Shown one piece after another: positions 1 to 10,557 of a DNA stretch of 64,000 nt. Where the stretch lies: NCBI GenBank assembly GCA_029856045.1, contig JAHQWG010000048.1:1-64000 (forward strand), given 5' to 3'. Within the stretch, counting starts at the first letter, position 1. Each line of letters opens with the position of its first letter. The translations under genes and the position numbers were made by a program. The notes beneath the pieces are model-generated. The model was given only the letters and a program-made list of their open reading frames with translations. It was not told the origin of the DNA and searched no databases. The DNA is from Promethearchaeia archaeon (GTDB taxonomy: Archaea > Asgardarchaeota > Lokiarchaeia > Sigyniarchaeales > SOKP01).

Positions 1-100
1 GTATTAAGTTATATTATTTCATATTTTTTATTAGATTGTATCTCTTTTTATTTTATTTATATCGGATTAAATCGAGAAAAAACTCAAAATCAGAAAATAA

Positions 101-994
101 AATAAAAATAAAAATGAAAATAAAAGATTACTGAATAAGGTTATTCAGAAGGATTTAATTTTATTTTGTTTACCAATTTTTACGAGTAATTTATTTTACT
201 TTTTAAATACTAGATTTGGCACATTAATGTTGAGTGGTTTAAATGATGGTTCTTCGGAGATTTTTCATTTATCTTTAACTTTGTCTATATATTTAATTGC
301 TTTGCTGGGAGTAACTGTAAATGAATTATTATTTCCGTATGAATCTGCGGCATTTTATCACAATAATCAAAAAAAAATAAAGGAGATTTATAAATTAATT
401 TTTACTTTTGTTGCAGTAATAATTATTCCATTGTTATTGGTATGTATAACAGCTTCGAATCTAATTCTTGGGATTATTTATCCTGCTTATTTCACATCTT
501 ATCCTGTATTTGTAGATATTTTTCAATTGATGTTAATAGGAGGTTTTTTTTATAGTTTGAACCAATTTACGGCAAAATTTCTCTTAGCAAAGGGATTAAC
601 TATTAGATTTTTAATTATCCAGATAATTGGTGGATCATTAAATGCTTTATTTTTGATAATTTTTATTCCTTTAATTGGAGTATATTCTGCTATTTGGGGA
701 TTTATTATATCAATGGGGGTAATGTTTATCTTATATTTTTATAGTATATCTAGAATCATTAACTTATCGTTGTGGCAATTTAAATTGCTTCAATTATTTA
801 TATCCATCCTTATTGTTATTTTTGAATTTCTTATTTTAAAATTTGGTTTTGGGATAGATAATTTTTTAGTAGGGACAGCCTGTCTATTATCATATATTAT
901 TCTTTTATTCGGATTTAGAATTTTAAAATTTAAGGAATTGACAAAATTTTTCAATGATTTAAGAATTATGATTTTTAAAAGCAAAAAGGTTTGA
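101..994 (+). CDS. Polysaccharide flippase (Wzx/MOP superfamily), 3' part; 5' end runs off the window with an apparent frameshift near 100
   Basis: ORF track 227-994 is multi-TM. The frame stays open back to 101 (..DLILFCLPIFTSNLFYFLNTRFGTLML, a typical flippase mid-section). It heads a glycosyltransferase cluster. Confidence 0.75.
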   Translation, partial: NKNKNENKRLLNKVIQKDLILFCLPIFTSNLFYFLNTRFGTLMLSGLNDGSSEIFHLSLTLSIYLIALLGVTVNELLFPYESAAFYHNNQKKIKEIYKLIFTFVAVIIIPLLLVCITASNLILGIIYPAYFTSYPVFVDIFQLMLIGGFFYSLNQFTAKFLLAKGLTIRFLIIQIIGGSLNALFLIIFIPLIGVYSAIWGFIISMGVMFILYFYSISRIINLSLWQFKLLQLFISILIVIFEFLILKFGFGIDNFLVGTACLLSYIILLFGFRILKFKELTKFFNDLRIMIFKSKKV

Positions 995-997
995 GAT

Positions 998-2107
998 CTG
1001 AATAATTCAATAAATGTTTGTTATTTTGGGACTTATACAAAAGATACTATTCGAAATAGAGTCTTAATTAAAGGTTTAATTAACAACGGTATTAATGTAT
1101 TTGAATGTAATGAGAGAAGTCCAACATTATTAGAACTAAATAAAGGAAAATATATCATTAATTCTTTTGCACGTGTTTTAAAATTATTAAGGAAATTTAT
1201 AAATAGATATGATATTGATGTAGTAATTGTTGGGTATCCCGGATTTGATTCTGTGCTTCAAGTGAAGCGATTAACCAATAAACCCATTATTTATGACCCA
1301 TTTATTTCTTCTTATTTATCTTATGTTTATGATTACAAATATGTTAATGAAAAATCTCTATTAGCAAAATTATATTATTTTATTGATTATTTTTCATTTA
1401 AGCAAGCAAATTTAATATTAACGGATACCAAAATCCATGGAAAGATCTTTTCTAAATTTTTTAACCAAAACAAGGAGAAATTTGAGACTGTTTTGGTAGG
1501 TTCTGATTCCGATATTTTTTTTCCTCAAGGTCACAAGAACGAGAGTGATAAATTTATAATTGGTTTTTATGGTAAATATCTTCCGTTGCAGGGGGTAAAG
1601 ATCATAATAGCAACCGGAAAAATTCTAAAAAAATATCCAGAAATTAAGTTTGAAATTATTGGAGGGAGCCCAGAAAATAAGTTATACCGAGAGATTTTTA
1701 GATATAAAATTAAAAATAAGTTGGATAATATAGAATTAATACCACCTGTTCCGTTAAGTCAATTGCCGGAGAAAATTGCAAGATCTGATATACAGCTTGG
1801 AATTTTTGGGGGTACCTTAAAATCTAAAATTGTAATTCCAAATAAGGTCTATTCTGCCTTAGCAATGAAAAAGCCTGTTATTACTGCAAATAGCTTAGCA
1901 GTAAGGGAACTTCTGACTCATGAAGAAAATGTTTATTTATGCAAAAATGCAGATATTGATTCATTAGTTAGTGCGATTATTAAATTATACGAGGATAAAA
2001 ATTTAAGGGACAGCATTGCTCGAAATGGCTTTAAATTATTTAAAAAATATTTAACTCCTCAAATAATAGGAGCAAATTTAAAAGATATAATTATAAACTT
2101 ATTGTAA
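998..2107 (+). CDS. Glycosyltransferase family 4 (GT-B)
   Basis: C-terminal GT4 features (FYGKYLPLQG; PNKVYSALAMKKPVIT). The frame is open 85 codons upstream of the tracked GTG (1253) and encodes the N-terminal strand NVCYFGTY..RNRVLIKGL. Probable CTG start at 998. Confidence 0.85.
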   Translation: MNNSINVCYFGTYTKDTIRNRVLIKGLINNGINVFECNERSPTLLELNKGKYIINSFARVLKLLRKFINRYDIDVVIVGYPGFDSVLQVKRLTNKPIIYDPFISSYLSYVYDYKYVNEKSLLAKLYYFIDYFSFKQANLILTDTKIHGKIFSKFFNQNKEKFETVLVGSDSDIFFPQGHKNESDKFIIGFYGKYLPLQGVKIIIATGKILKKYPEIKFEIIGGSPENKLYREIFRYKIKNKLDNIELIPPVPLSQLPEKIARSDIQLGIFGGTLKSKIVIPNKVYSALAMKKPVITANSLAVRELLTHEENVYLCKNADIDSLVSAIIKLYEDKNLRDSIARNGFKLFKKYLTPQIIGANLKDIIINLL

Positions 2108-2134
2108 AAAAAATATTTATTTAGAGCTGTTAAC

Positions 2135-2827
2135 ATGATCGAAATTGTTCAAAAATTCATAAGAACAAAATTAATTTCAAAATATATGAATTTTATAGTA
2201 ATTAATTTACCAAGGTTTATCAGAGTTAAAATTAAATACATTTCCGAATTAAATTATTGGTATATTAGATCTAGAATAGAGGGAAAAGAGGTATTTATTC
2301 AAGAAGAATCCTTAAGAAATACTTTCATGCGATATTGTAGTAGGTTAGAAGTAAATAAAAATACATTTAAGGATAAAATCGTAATTGATGTTGGTTGTGG
2401 CCCTCGTGGGACCCTTCATTATTTTAATGCAAAATTGAAAATTGGTGCTGATCCTTTAGCGAATTTTTATCGAAAATTTTTTAATGTAGATAAGCAAGAC
2501 ATGATTTACATAAATTCTGAAGCAGAAAATATACAATTGGATGATAATTTTGCGGATTTTGTTATTTCAGTGAATGCATTAGATCATGTTGAGAATTTTA
2601 AACAAACAATTAAAGAGATTTACCGTATTCTTAAACCAGAAGGAATTATTATATTCCAATTGAATTTCAACAAAAAACCTACTGTTAATGAACCAATTTT
2701 ATTAGATTATTCGACAGTTAAAAATGAATTAGAAGAATTTTTCACTTACAAAGTGGTAAAAGAAACGGAGATTTCATTGTATATTACTGAAAAAAGCATC
2801 GTTGTTAAAGGTAAAAAAAAATCTTAA
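2135..2827 (+). CDS. Class I SAM-dependent methyltransferase (likely glycan modifying)
   Basis: VIDVGCGPRG motif I, DFVISVNALDHV, RILKPEG; lies in the glycan cluster. Confidence 0.85.
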   Translation: MIEIVQKFIRTKLISKYMNFIVINLPRFIRVKIKYISELNYWYIRSRIEGKEVFIQEESLRNTFMRYCSRLEVNKNTFKDKIVIDVGCGPRGTLHYFNAKLKIGADPLANFYRKFFNVDKQDMIYINSEAENIQLDDNFADFVISVNALDHVENFKQTIKEIYRILKPEGIIIFQLNFNKKPTVNEPILLDYSTVKNELEEFFTYKVVKETEISLYITEKSIVVKGKKKS

Positions 2828-2961
2828 TGACAAACATTTTTACGGATGCTGTAACAAAAGAAGGATAAATATCTAACGCTTATTATGTTAGGAAAAAATT
2901 TAAAACATATAAGCTTGAACATATTATAAAATATCATTAAAACGGAATTTCTTTAGACCCA

Positions 2962-4110
2962 ATGAAAATTTTACATATTATGGCATATTCGCTAGATTAT
3001 ATCGGGGGTTATTCAATATATTGTCGGAATTTAATCAGAAATCTAATTTCACAAGGTATAGAATGTGAAGTATTAACCTCAAATTATAAGCGGATTTCTA
3101 AAAAAAACGATTACATTGATTCCGATGGAGTTAAAATAATAAGTAAAACCTATTTTGGAAATCTTTTTGGTATTAATCCGATGTTGAATATTTTACCATT
3201 TCTAAGTAAACACTATATAGATTATGATATTATTCACGCTCATTCATATATTTTTTTTAGTTCAATCCAAGCAGCATTATTTCGGAAAATTCGCAAGTTT
3301 CCATTGGTTCTTCAATTACATGGTGGAATTCAAACTGATGCTTTTTATACTTCAAATTTATTTGAAAATCTTCAACTTTTATTCAAGAAAATAATATTTG
3401 ATCCAGTTTTTGGAAGATTTACTTTAAAAATTCCAGATTCTTTGGTATCAGTCTCAAATATAGACTTACAAACCGTTTTAAAAAAATTTAAGGTGAAACG
3501 GGAGAATAATTATTGGATTCCAAATGGGGTAAATACATCTCACTTCAAACCACTTGATGGAGTTAAAAAGAGATATGTAACTTTTATTGGTCGCTTAAGT
3601 TATATTAAGGGTTTTGATTTATTTTTGAAAATAATTGAAAAAATTTATAAAAAAAATCAAAATATTGAATTTCTTGTTGTTGGAGATGGTCCATTAGAAT
3701 ATATGCTCCATTCTTTTAAAAAGAGAATTCCCATTAGACATTATCATAGAGTTCCATATGAAAAGATGATTGAAATTTATAATCAATCAAAAATTTTATT
3801 GATTTCATCTCGATATGAGGGGATGCCTTCGACAATGCTGGAAGCAATGGCCTGTGGAACGCAGGTTGTATCTTCTAAAATTGGGGGTATTCCTGAAGTA
3901 ATTAAGGATGAAAATTACGGGTTTTTGTTTGACATAAATAATTTAAGGGAAGTTTCAGAAATTTGTCTAAAATTAATTGGGAATGAAAAAAAAGGAATTA
4001 CAAGTTCTAAAAAAATTAGAGAATACGTTAAAAAGAATTTTTCCTGGGAAATAATTACAGAGAAAATGATTAGAGTTTATAATGATTTGATAAAGGCGAA
4101 GTTTGACTAA
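2962..4110 (+). CDS. Glycosyltransferase family 4
   Basis: DIIHAH, IPNGVN, FIGRLSYIKG, SRYEGMPSTMLEAMACG (E-x7-E). Confidence 0.93.
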   Translation: MKILHIMAYSLDYIGGYSIYCRNLIRNLISQGIECEVLTSNYKRISKKNDYIDSDGVKIISKTYFGNLFGINPMLNILPFLSKHYIDYDIIHAHSYIFFSSIQAALFRKIRKFPLVLQLHGGIQTDAFYTSNLFENLQLLFKKIIFDPVFGRFTLKIPDSLVSVSNIDLQTVLKKFKVKRENNYWIPNGVNTSHFKPLDGVKKRYVTFIGRLSYIKGFDLFLKIIEKIYKKNQNIEFLVVGDGPLEYMLHSFKKRIPIRHYHRVPYEKMIEIYNQSKILLISSRYEGMPSTMLEAMACGTQVVSSKIGGIPEVIKDENYGFLFDINNLREVSEICLKLIGNEKKGITSSKKIREYVKKNFSWEIITEKMIRVYNDLIKAKFD

Positions 4111-4234
4111 GCAATAAAAATTTTTAATAAAAAAATTCAATAATTTTAATAAAGAGAACTTACAATATATAATAATATTATAAATATTTAGTTGATTAAT
4201 CAAATAGTTTCTAATACAAAATAGTGCCTCAATT

Positions 4235-5065
4235 TTGACGAAAGAACTCGTAGAACCATTAATTAGAACAAGTTATATTTCAAATGGATTGAGTCAACTT
4301 GATCGTGCAATAAAAATAATAATTCCCATCTATAATGAAGAAAATTCGATAACAAATTTAATCAAAAGAATCCAGTATACATTTTCTAAATTGAATGAAA
4401 AGGTTGATATAATTTGTATTGATGATGGTTCAATCGATAAAACAAGAGAAATTTTAGATAAATTAGATATAACACTCTTATGTAATGAAAGAAATCTAGG
4501 AAAGGGAGAGGCATTAAAAAAAGGTTTTGAATTTTGTGATTATTATGATACAATAATCACTCTTGATGGAGATGGAGAGCACTGTCCAGAAGATATTCCT
4601 AAATTATTAAAAACTCTTAGAAATAAAGAAGTAGATATAGTTATAGGGTCTCGATTTTTAAATACACAAAATGGAAATGGTAGCTATTTAGAAAATAAGA
4701 AATATCTGTCTCAATTAAGAAAAGTTGGAAATCAGTTATTTTCAATAATTGGTACGATGGTTACACAAAAATATATTTCCGACACCCAAAGTGGATTTAG
4801 AGCCTTTGGACCAAATATTGTTCATAATTTGAATCTTAAATCCTCGGGTTTTGAAATAGAAACAGAAATTATAATAGAAGCACTAGAAAAAGATTATACG
4901 ATTAAAGAAGTTGCTATTAATAATGGAGAAGCTCACAGAGATTCGTATATGAATCTTGTATTAGATAGTATTAAAATTGGACTTACTTTTTTTAGCGGAA
5001 TTTTTCCAAAGAAGCTTAAATTTATCCTTAGGTTTCTGACTGCTAAAATGAATAAAATAAGATAA
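4235..5065 (+). CDS. Glycosyltransferase family 2 (dolichol-phosphate-sugar synthase-like)
   Basis: IPIYNEE, DDGSID, NLGKGEA, DGDGEH, DIVIGSRF, DTQSGFRA, FEIETE. Confidence 0.92.
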   Translation: MTKELVEPLIRTSYISNGLSQLDRAIKIIIPIYNEENSITNLIKRIQYTFSKLNEKVDIICIDDGSIDKTREILDKLDITLLCNERNLGKGEALKKGFEFCDYYDTIITLDGDGEHCPEDIPKLLKTLRNKEVDIVIGSRFLNTQNGNGSYLENKKYLSQLRKVGNQLFSIIGTMVTQKYISDTQSGFRAFGPNIVHNLNLKSSGFEIETEIIIEALEKDYTIKEVAINNGEAHRDSYMNLVLDSIKIGLTFFSGIFPKKLKFILRFLTAKMNKIR

Positions 5066-5096
5066 TTATTAAGATACGATATTTTAATAATCATTA

Positions 5097-7298
5097 ATGA
5101 ATTTTATTGAATTCATAATTAAGAACAGAATTTTAAATAAGTGTAAATCAAAATCAGAGAAATTTATTTTTCTAATTGTAAGAAATTTTGATTTCTTGGT
5201 TAATTTTTTTCTAGTTTTAAGTATATTTTTAATTACCATTAATTTTTTCGGTTTTAATTTAAATTCATTGTTTATTTTAGTTCCAAGTGTGTTTCTTATT
5301 TATTTTATTCCTGGATACCAACTGTTCTTCAGAATTTTTGAATATAAATATAATTTCATTGAAAAAATCGCATTAACATTAATATTTAGTATGATTTTTA
5401 ATATTTTGATTGGAATAATTGGGGGATATTTAGGCATATTGATATCGGGTTTATTTTATATGATCTGTATTCTTATAGCATTTTATTTTTCTATGTTTTT
5501 AAATAAATGTATTAGAAAAACTGCACTTATTAAACAAAATGATGTAATGCATATTGGGAATTTAATTCCTAAAAATTTCTTACTATTTATTGTTTTTCTT
5601 GTATTATTTGCATTTTTCTCATTTTTACGATATCCCTTATTATTTGGAGATGATCCTTGGTTCCATTTAATTTTAACTAACGAGATTATTGAAACAGGAA
5701 AAATTCCATTTGAATCATATAGAGGATTAAATGGATTACATCTTATGGGAGCTGTTATACATTTATTTTCTGGATATCCAACTATTGAAATAGTTCGATA
5801 TTATCCAATTATTAATTATATAATTTCTGGCTTAATAGGATTGATAGTATTTAAAAAAATTTTTAAAAACGATCAAGTTGGAATACTTGGCTCATTTTTA
5901 TTATTAATTAGCCCCTATCGTTTTGATTTACAATTAAGTCAATATTCTCCTACTGCTTTGGGTTTATTAGTATTTCTATTTATGATGTTTTTTTATATTG
6001 AGCGTATTAAAGATTTTAAATTTGAGATTAAACAGTCTATAATAAGCTATATTTTCATAGGCATCGGTTTTTTTGCATTAATTTTTATTTCTGATATAAG
6101 TGCAATTTTATTTTTAGGTTTATTCATCTTTATTTCGTTTTTTTTTACAATTCTTGATAAAAAAAAAATCATTGATTTGGGGTTTTTTGCTCTCTTATTT
6201 CTAATTTATGTAGTGTATAATATTATTGGCTTTCAAACAATTATTGTTGAAAGCTTTTTGGTTGATCTATCATTGCCTATATATCTTTTCCCAATTCTTG
6301 GTGTAATTGGGGTTAGTTTAATATTTTTAATTAGTAAATATTCATCTGAACCAAAAGGGAAGTTTAAATCCTGGTTAAATGCAGAACTAAATACAAGTAT
6401 TTTAAAAAAGGTTAGTTTGATATATTTGAAACCAATTTTAATCGTATTAATCTTAATACTTCCGATTTTTATATCAATTTTGATCACAATCAGTTTTACT
6501 ATATCTTATGATTTTTTATATATATTTACATACATAGTGATTCCTATAACAATTATTGTTGCTTCCATGATCTTATCTGTTTTTGGAGTTATTATTTATC
6601 GTAAGAAGCATTTAGATGGCACATTAATATATCTTTGGACATATTATTCAATTTTGATTCTAGTAGTTTATTTGATTTATGATTTATTATTTATCAAATA
6701 TATGTTATGGATACGACTGATCACATATTCGAGTATTGGATTAATATGCGCAGAAATGGCATATTTATTTTATTTATATCAAGATAAATTCTTTAAACCA
6801 AAAACATACAAAAAGTTTTATTTAATTGTTTTTAATTTAACACTTATCAGTTCATTATTGACTACTTTAAATGCAACTGGGTTTAAAAAAGGTTATGAAA
6901 TCTCAAGTGCTCAATGGTTTGGGAGATATTTAAGTAAAGAGAGTTCTTTCCTGACCGGGTTTAGATGGAATTATATTCTAGATTATTATTCAGGAGAAAA
7001 TCAAAGTATTTATTTTAATGAAGCATTTCTTTTATTTCCGTCTAATCAAATAAATAAAACCAGTTTTAACAATTTAAGGCAATTTCAACAAGAATTAAAT
7101 GAAACTGATTTATTTTTATTGTTAGATGATAAGCAGATTACGGAAGGAATATTTGGTGATGTAATCGGAATTAATTTAGGGAAGTTAAATTCTACAATGT
7201 TAAAAGAATATTATAATTTACCCTATTTAAATAGAATATTTACATCAAAAAATGCAATAAATCAATCGGTTCAGGTTTATTGGCTTAATAGAAATTAA
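5097..7298 (+). CDS. Polytopic membrane protein, probable GT-C glycosyltransferase
   Basis: Many hydrophobic segments, an N-terminal FIPGY helix bundle, GDDPWFH in an extracellular loop (STT3/PMT-like acidic motif) and a soluble C-terminal domain. Follows the GT2 gene. Confidence 0.6.
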   Translation: MNFIEFIIKNRILNKCKSKSEKFIFLIVRNFDFLVNFFLVLSIFLITINFFGFNLNSLFILVPSVFLIYFIPGYQLFFRIFEYKYNFIEKIALTLIFSMIFNILIGIIGGYLGILISGLFYMICILIAFYFSMFLNKCIRKTALIKQNDVMHIGNLIPKNFLLFIVFLVLFAFFSFLRYPLLFGDDPWFHLILTNEIIETGKIPFESYRGLNGLHLMGAVIHLFSGYPTIEIVRYYPIINYIISGLIGLIVFKKIFKNDQVGILGSFLLLISPYRFDLQLSQYSPTALGLLVFLFMMFFYIERIKDFKFEIKQSIISYIFIGIGFFALIFISDISAILFLGLFIFISFFFTILDKKKIIDLGFFALLFLIYVVYNIIGFQTIIVESFLVDLSLPIYLFPILGVIGVSLIFLISKYSSEPKGKFKSWLNAELNTSILKKVSLIYLKPILIVLILILPIFISILITISFTISYDFLYIFTYIVIPITIIVASMILSVFGVIIYRKKHLDGTLIYLWTYYSILILVVYLIYDLLFIKYMLWIRLITYSSIGLICAEMAYLFYLYQDKFFKPKTYKKFYLIVFNLTLISSLLTTLNATGFKKGYEISSAQWFGRYLSKESSFLTGFRWNYILDYYSGENQSIYFNEAFLLFPSNQINKTSFNNLRQFQQELNETDLFLLLDDKQITEGIFGDVIGINLGKLNSTMLKEYYNLPYLNRIFTSKNAINQSVQVYWLNRN

Positions 7299-7319
7299 AT
7301 TATTTTTAATTTAAAACAA

Positions 7320-8375
7320 TTAAAAAATTATTTTATTTTTTTTTGTCCAATTAATTAATTTTTCTATTCCTTCTTGAGGATTTATTTTTGGGTTCCAATT
7401 GAGTTTTTGTTTTGCTTTGGATATATCAGAGATGTAAACCTTTTGATCACTTGGTCTCCAATCAAAAAATTCTATTTTTGTTTTTTTGTTTAATTTAGTT
7501 TTAAGTAAAGAGATTAACTCAAGTAAAGAAAGAGTATTTTCCTTTCCACCACCCATACAAAATACTTCATGTTTTAATTTTTGAGAATTTTTAATGAAAT
7601 TATCATATGCATCAATTAAATCAGATACATATAATAAATCGCGAACTTGTTTTCCATCTCCAAATATATTGATTTTTTTATCTAATATTGCTGAAATCAC
7701 AAAATGCGCAACCCAACCTTGATCTTCAAACCCAAACTGCCTTGTTCCATAAATACAGGACATTCTAAACACACCAGTTTTTAATCCATATATGTGTCCA
7801 TATTCTTGAACATAAACATCAGCACAAAATTTAGAAGCGCCGTATGGAGTATGTTCGCATAAATCTGTAGAAAATTCCTCAGATATGCCATTTTTATATT
7901 CTGAAGTAAATACATATCTTGTTTCTTTTTCCTCAATATCACATTCATTAACGTTATTTCCGAATACTTTATTTGTAGAACAAAATACTATTGCAGGACT
8001 TGAATTCGAAATTCTAACAGCTTCCAATATATTATATGTACCAATTAAATTATTCTCGAAATCTTCTTTTGGATTAGTTACTGAAGTGGTTACAGCAGTT
8101 TGTCCAGCAGTGTGAATTATCGCATCAATTTTAATTTTTTTAAATAAATCCTTTAAAAATTTGAAATTTCTTATATCTTCTTGGTAGAACTCGATATTCT
8201 TATATTGATGTAAATAATTCCAATTATACATTGCATTTTTATCATCTTTATGCAACAATCTTGCACGGGATAAATTATCAATTACATAGACTTTGTTATT
8301 TTTTTGTTTTGCATAATATTCAGCCACGTGTGAGCCAATAAAACCTCCACCTCCAGTAACAACGATTTGATTCAT
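7320..8375 (-). CDS. NAD-dependent epimerase, CDP-paratose 2-epimerase (RfbE)-like
   Basis: TGGGGFIGS, GQTAVTTS, STNKVFG, YGASK, FRMSCIYGTRQFG.EDQGWVAHF, WRPSDQKVY. Confidence 0.88.
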   Translation of the reverse strand: MNQIVVTGGGGFIGSHVAEYYAKQKNNKVYVIDNLSRARLLHKDDKNAMYNWNYLHQYKNIEFYQEDIRNFKFLKDLFKKIKIDAIIHTAGQTAVTTSVTNPKEDFENNLIGTYNILEAVRISNSSPAIVFCSTNKVFGNNVNECDIEEKETRYVFTSEYKNGISEEFSTDLCEHTPYGASKFCADVYVQEYGHIYGLKTGVFRMSCIYGTRQFGFEDQGWVAHFVISAILDKKINIFGDGKQVRDLLYVSDLIDAYDNFIKNSQKLKHEVFCMGGGKENTLSLLELISLLKTKLNKKTKIEFFDWRPSDQKVYISDISKAKQKLNWNPKINPQEGIEKLINWTKKNKIIF

Positions 8376-8692
8376 AACAAAAAAAAATTACTTTATAATA
8401 TTTGGTTTTCTATTAAATTAATTAATTTTCTTAACTATAGAAATTAAAATTGCCCATAATAATTAAATTTTCCACATAGTCCAATAAATTATTCAAATAT
8501 TCGAAATTAAATGTAGAGTCTCATAAGATTTTAAAAATGATTAGAACTTGAAAAATACATAAATACACAAATCGATAAAGATCAATTAAAAATTATATCA
8601 CCCAATAAAAAGAAAAATAAACTATTAGAAAATTAAATTTTATAAACTTGAGTTCGCATTATTATATTACGAAAAGAATGAAATAAGAAATT

Positions 8693-8791
8693 ATAGGAAC
8701 TCTCAAAAATCATAAGGACTTATATTTAAATTTCAAAAAAGATGCTAAAAATCATTCAATTTCGAATAATTATCGCGCAGAGTTATATTAA
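8693..8791 (+). pseudogene. Possible remnant of the upstream partner of the MNT gene
   Basis: 32 codons (I/M)GTLKNHKDLYLNFKKDAKNHSISNNYRAELY* ending 12 nt before the MNT start; recalls the N-terminus of small archaeal HEPN-like helical proteins. Confidence 0.3.
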
Positions 8792-8803
8792 AGGTTTTAG
8801 AAA

Positions 8804-9490
8804 ATGAATCTTAGATTAGAAGAAGAAAATATTAAATTCATTAAAAAAAACGAAAAACAAGAAAAATTAATAAAATATATTAAAAATTTTATAAAAAAAA
8901 ATCAATCTAAATTTAAAAATATTGATTCCATATTGGTTTTTGGTTCTTTAACTTCTGGAACTTTTACTGATGAGAGTGACATTGATATTTGCATATTTTT
9001 TAAAAAAAATATTCCGAAATCTATAGAAAATAATGTATTTAATAATTTTTTAGATTTAGAAAAAAAAATAGATCGATTAGTCCAATGTATTTTTATTTAT
9101 CCTGAAGAAATTGAAAATTGGGATTCAAATTTTATTGAAAATATTTTAGCTGAGGGCCGTTTAATATATGGATCTTCGAATTTTTTGGAGATTCCCTTTA
9201 AATTTTTGAAATTAAAACCATATTTAATTATAAAATTCAATTTAAGAGAGTTAGATAAATCTTCTAAAATGAAAATAAAAAGAATGTTGTATGGTTATCA
9301 AACCAAAAAGAGATATTCAAAAAAACTATATCAATATCAAAAAAATGGATTAGTACAAGAATTGAAAGGATTTAAATTAGGGCGAGGAGCTTTTCTTATT
9401 CCTGAAGAGTTTTTATGGTTAATTGAGGCAAAATTTAATAAATATAATATAAAGTTTACACATTTTCGAGTATGGCTTCAGAAAGAATAA
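8804..9490 (+). CDS. Minimal nucleotidyltransferase (MNT) with an extra C-terminal domain
   Basis: VFGS..G.FTDESDIDI (GS-x10-DxD), plus a ~90-aa C-terminal domain (LYGY..GLV..KLGRGAFLIP). Confidence 0.85.
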   Translation: MNLRLEEENIKFIKKNEKQEKLIKYIKNFIKKNQSKFKNIDSILVFGSLTSGTFTDESDIDICIFFKKNIPKSIENNVFNNFLDLEKKIDRLVQCIFIYPEEIENWDSNFIENILAEGRLIYGSSNFLEIPFKFLKLKPYLIIKFNLRELDKSSKMKIKRMLYGYQTKKRYSKKLYQYQKNGLVQELKGFKLGRGAFLIPEEFLWLIEAKFNKYNIKFTHFRVWLQKE

Positions 9491-9523
9491 ATTATTTTGG
9501 GCATCTTTAAAAATTAGGAAAAT

Positions 9524-10303
9524 TTAATAAAAGAATTCATGCTGTGGATAAATATCTTCAATTTTTTTTTTTAATAAAGTAAATTCATCGCCTGTAATCT
9601 TTACTATTTTTGGGATTTTTCCAACCTGTCCTACTTTTTCCTCCCTACTAATAAAAGCTCCGAATACACCCTCGATGTCATCCACTAGATCTAAACCTTT
9701 TTTTATCGATTTTTCAATATCTGCTCCTTTTACGATATTTGCTATTCTTGTTGCAGCAGCATCAGCAAGAGTCGCATTTTTTGCGAAAATAGTTACGAGA
9801 TCTGCTTCTCCAAAACTAATAGCATGACCAATTTTAGCGGAACTTGAGCCTATACCAGAAGGAGAATCGTTTTTAGTTATAAGGAAACCTAATTTTCCAC
9901 CCAGTAGATTTTTTCCTGCATATAATCCAACTTTAATGGATTCTACTGAATTAATCGAAATTTCTCCACCATTTTCAACAACTGCGATTTTCAATGGATA
10001 TAATTCCTCTCTCATCTTCATCATTTTTACCATTATATCTGCCAAAGCGCCAGCAACTGCTGCCATCGGACCAACATCGCATATTGTTGAGTATTCAACC
10101 ATTATCTCAATAATTTCAGGAGGATTTTTCACTTTTATGGGTGAAAGAGTTTTCAAGAAAATCTCATTTTTAAATACAAACTTCTCAAGAATTTTTCTAT
10201 GTTTATAAAATGATTCAATTCCAAATCTTAATGCTTTCCTAGATTCAGAAATTACTGTGACATCAGATTCTTTTTCAATAAAGTGAAATGAGAATTTTTT
10301 CAT
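9524..10303 (-). CDS. UPF0280 / ApbE-like family protein
   Basis: VGPMAAVAGALAD, VVENGGEI, SSAKIGHAISFGEAD, LADAAAT. Confidence 0.9.
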   Translation of the reverse strand: MKKFSFHFIEKESDVTVISESRKALRFGIESFYKHRKILEKFVFKNEIFLKTLSPIKVKNPPEIIEIMVEYSTICDVGPMAAVAGALADIMVKMMKMREELYPLKIAVVENGGEISINSVESIKVGLYAGKNLLGGKLGFLITKNDSPSGIGSSSAKIGHAISFGEADLVTIFAKNATLADAAATRIANIVKGADIEKSIKKGLDLVDDIEGVFGAFISREEKVGQVGKIPKIVKITGDEFTLLKKKIEDIYPQHEFFY

Positions 10304-10557
10304 TAAGATTTAAACCAATTAAATTAAATTAGAAATTTGAATAAATTTTTAAATTGAAAAATCAACTAAACAAATAATCTTGTATATTAAAAGAATTGAA
10401 TTAAAATAAAAATTATAGTAATAAAAATTTGGATTGAATATAAAAAGAGAAACGACATTTTGTAAAAAAATTTATAATATTATATTTACATGATTTACGT
10501 ATAAGGGTAAATTATTTTTATTGCTCATATCTCAATATTCCACAGAATGATTCCCAG

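Noticed and set aside
992-994. TGA between the in-frame flippase and GT4 as selenocysteine or readthrough
   Set aside because: It falls at a natural gene boundary after a basic tail, not at a Cys-equivalent site. No SECIS was recognised, and an SD plus CTG explains the second gene.
5097-7298. Oligosaccharyltransferase AglB
   Set aside because: No WWDYG or DK/MI motifs.
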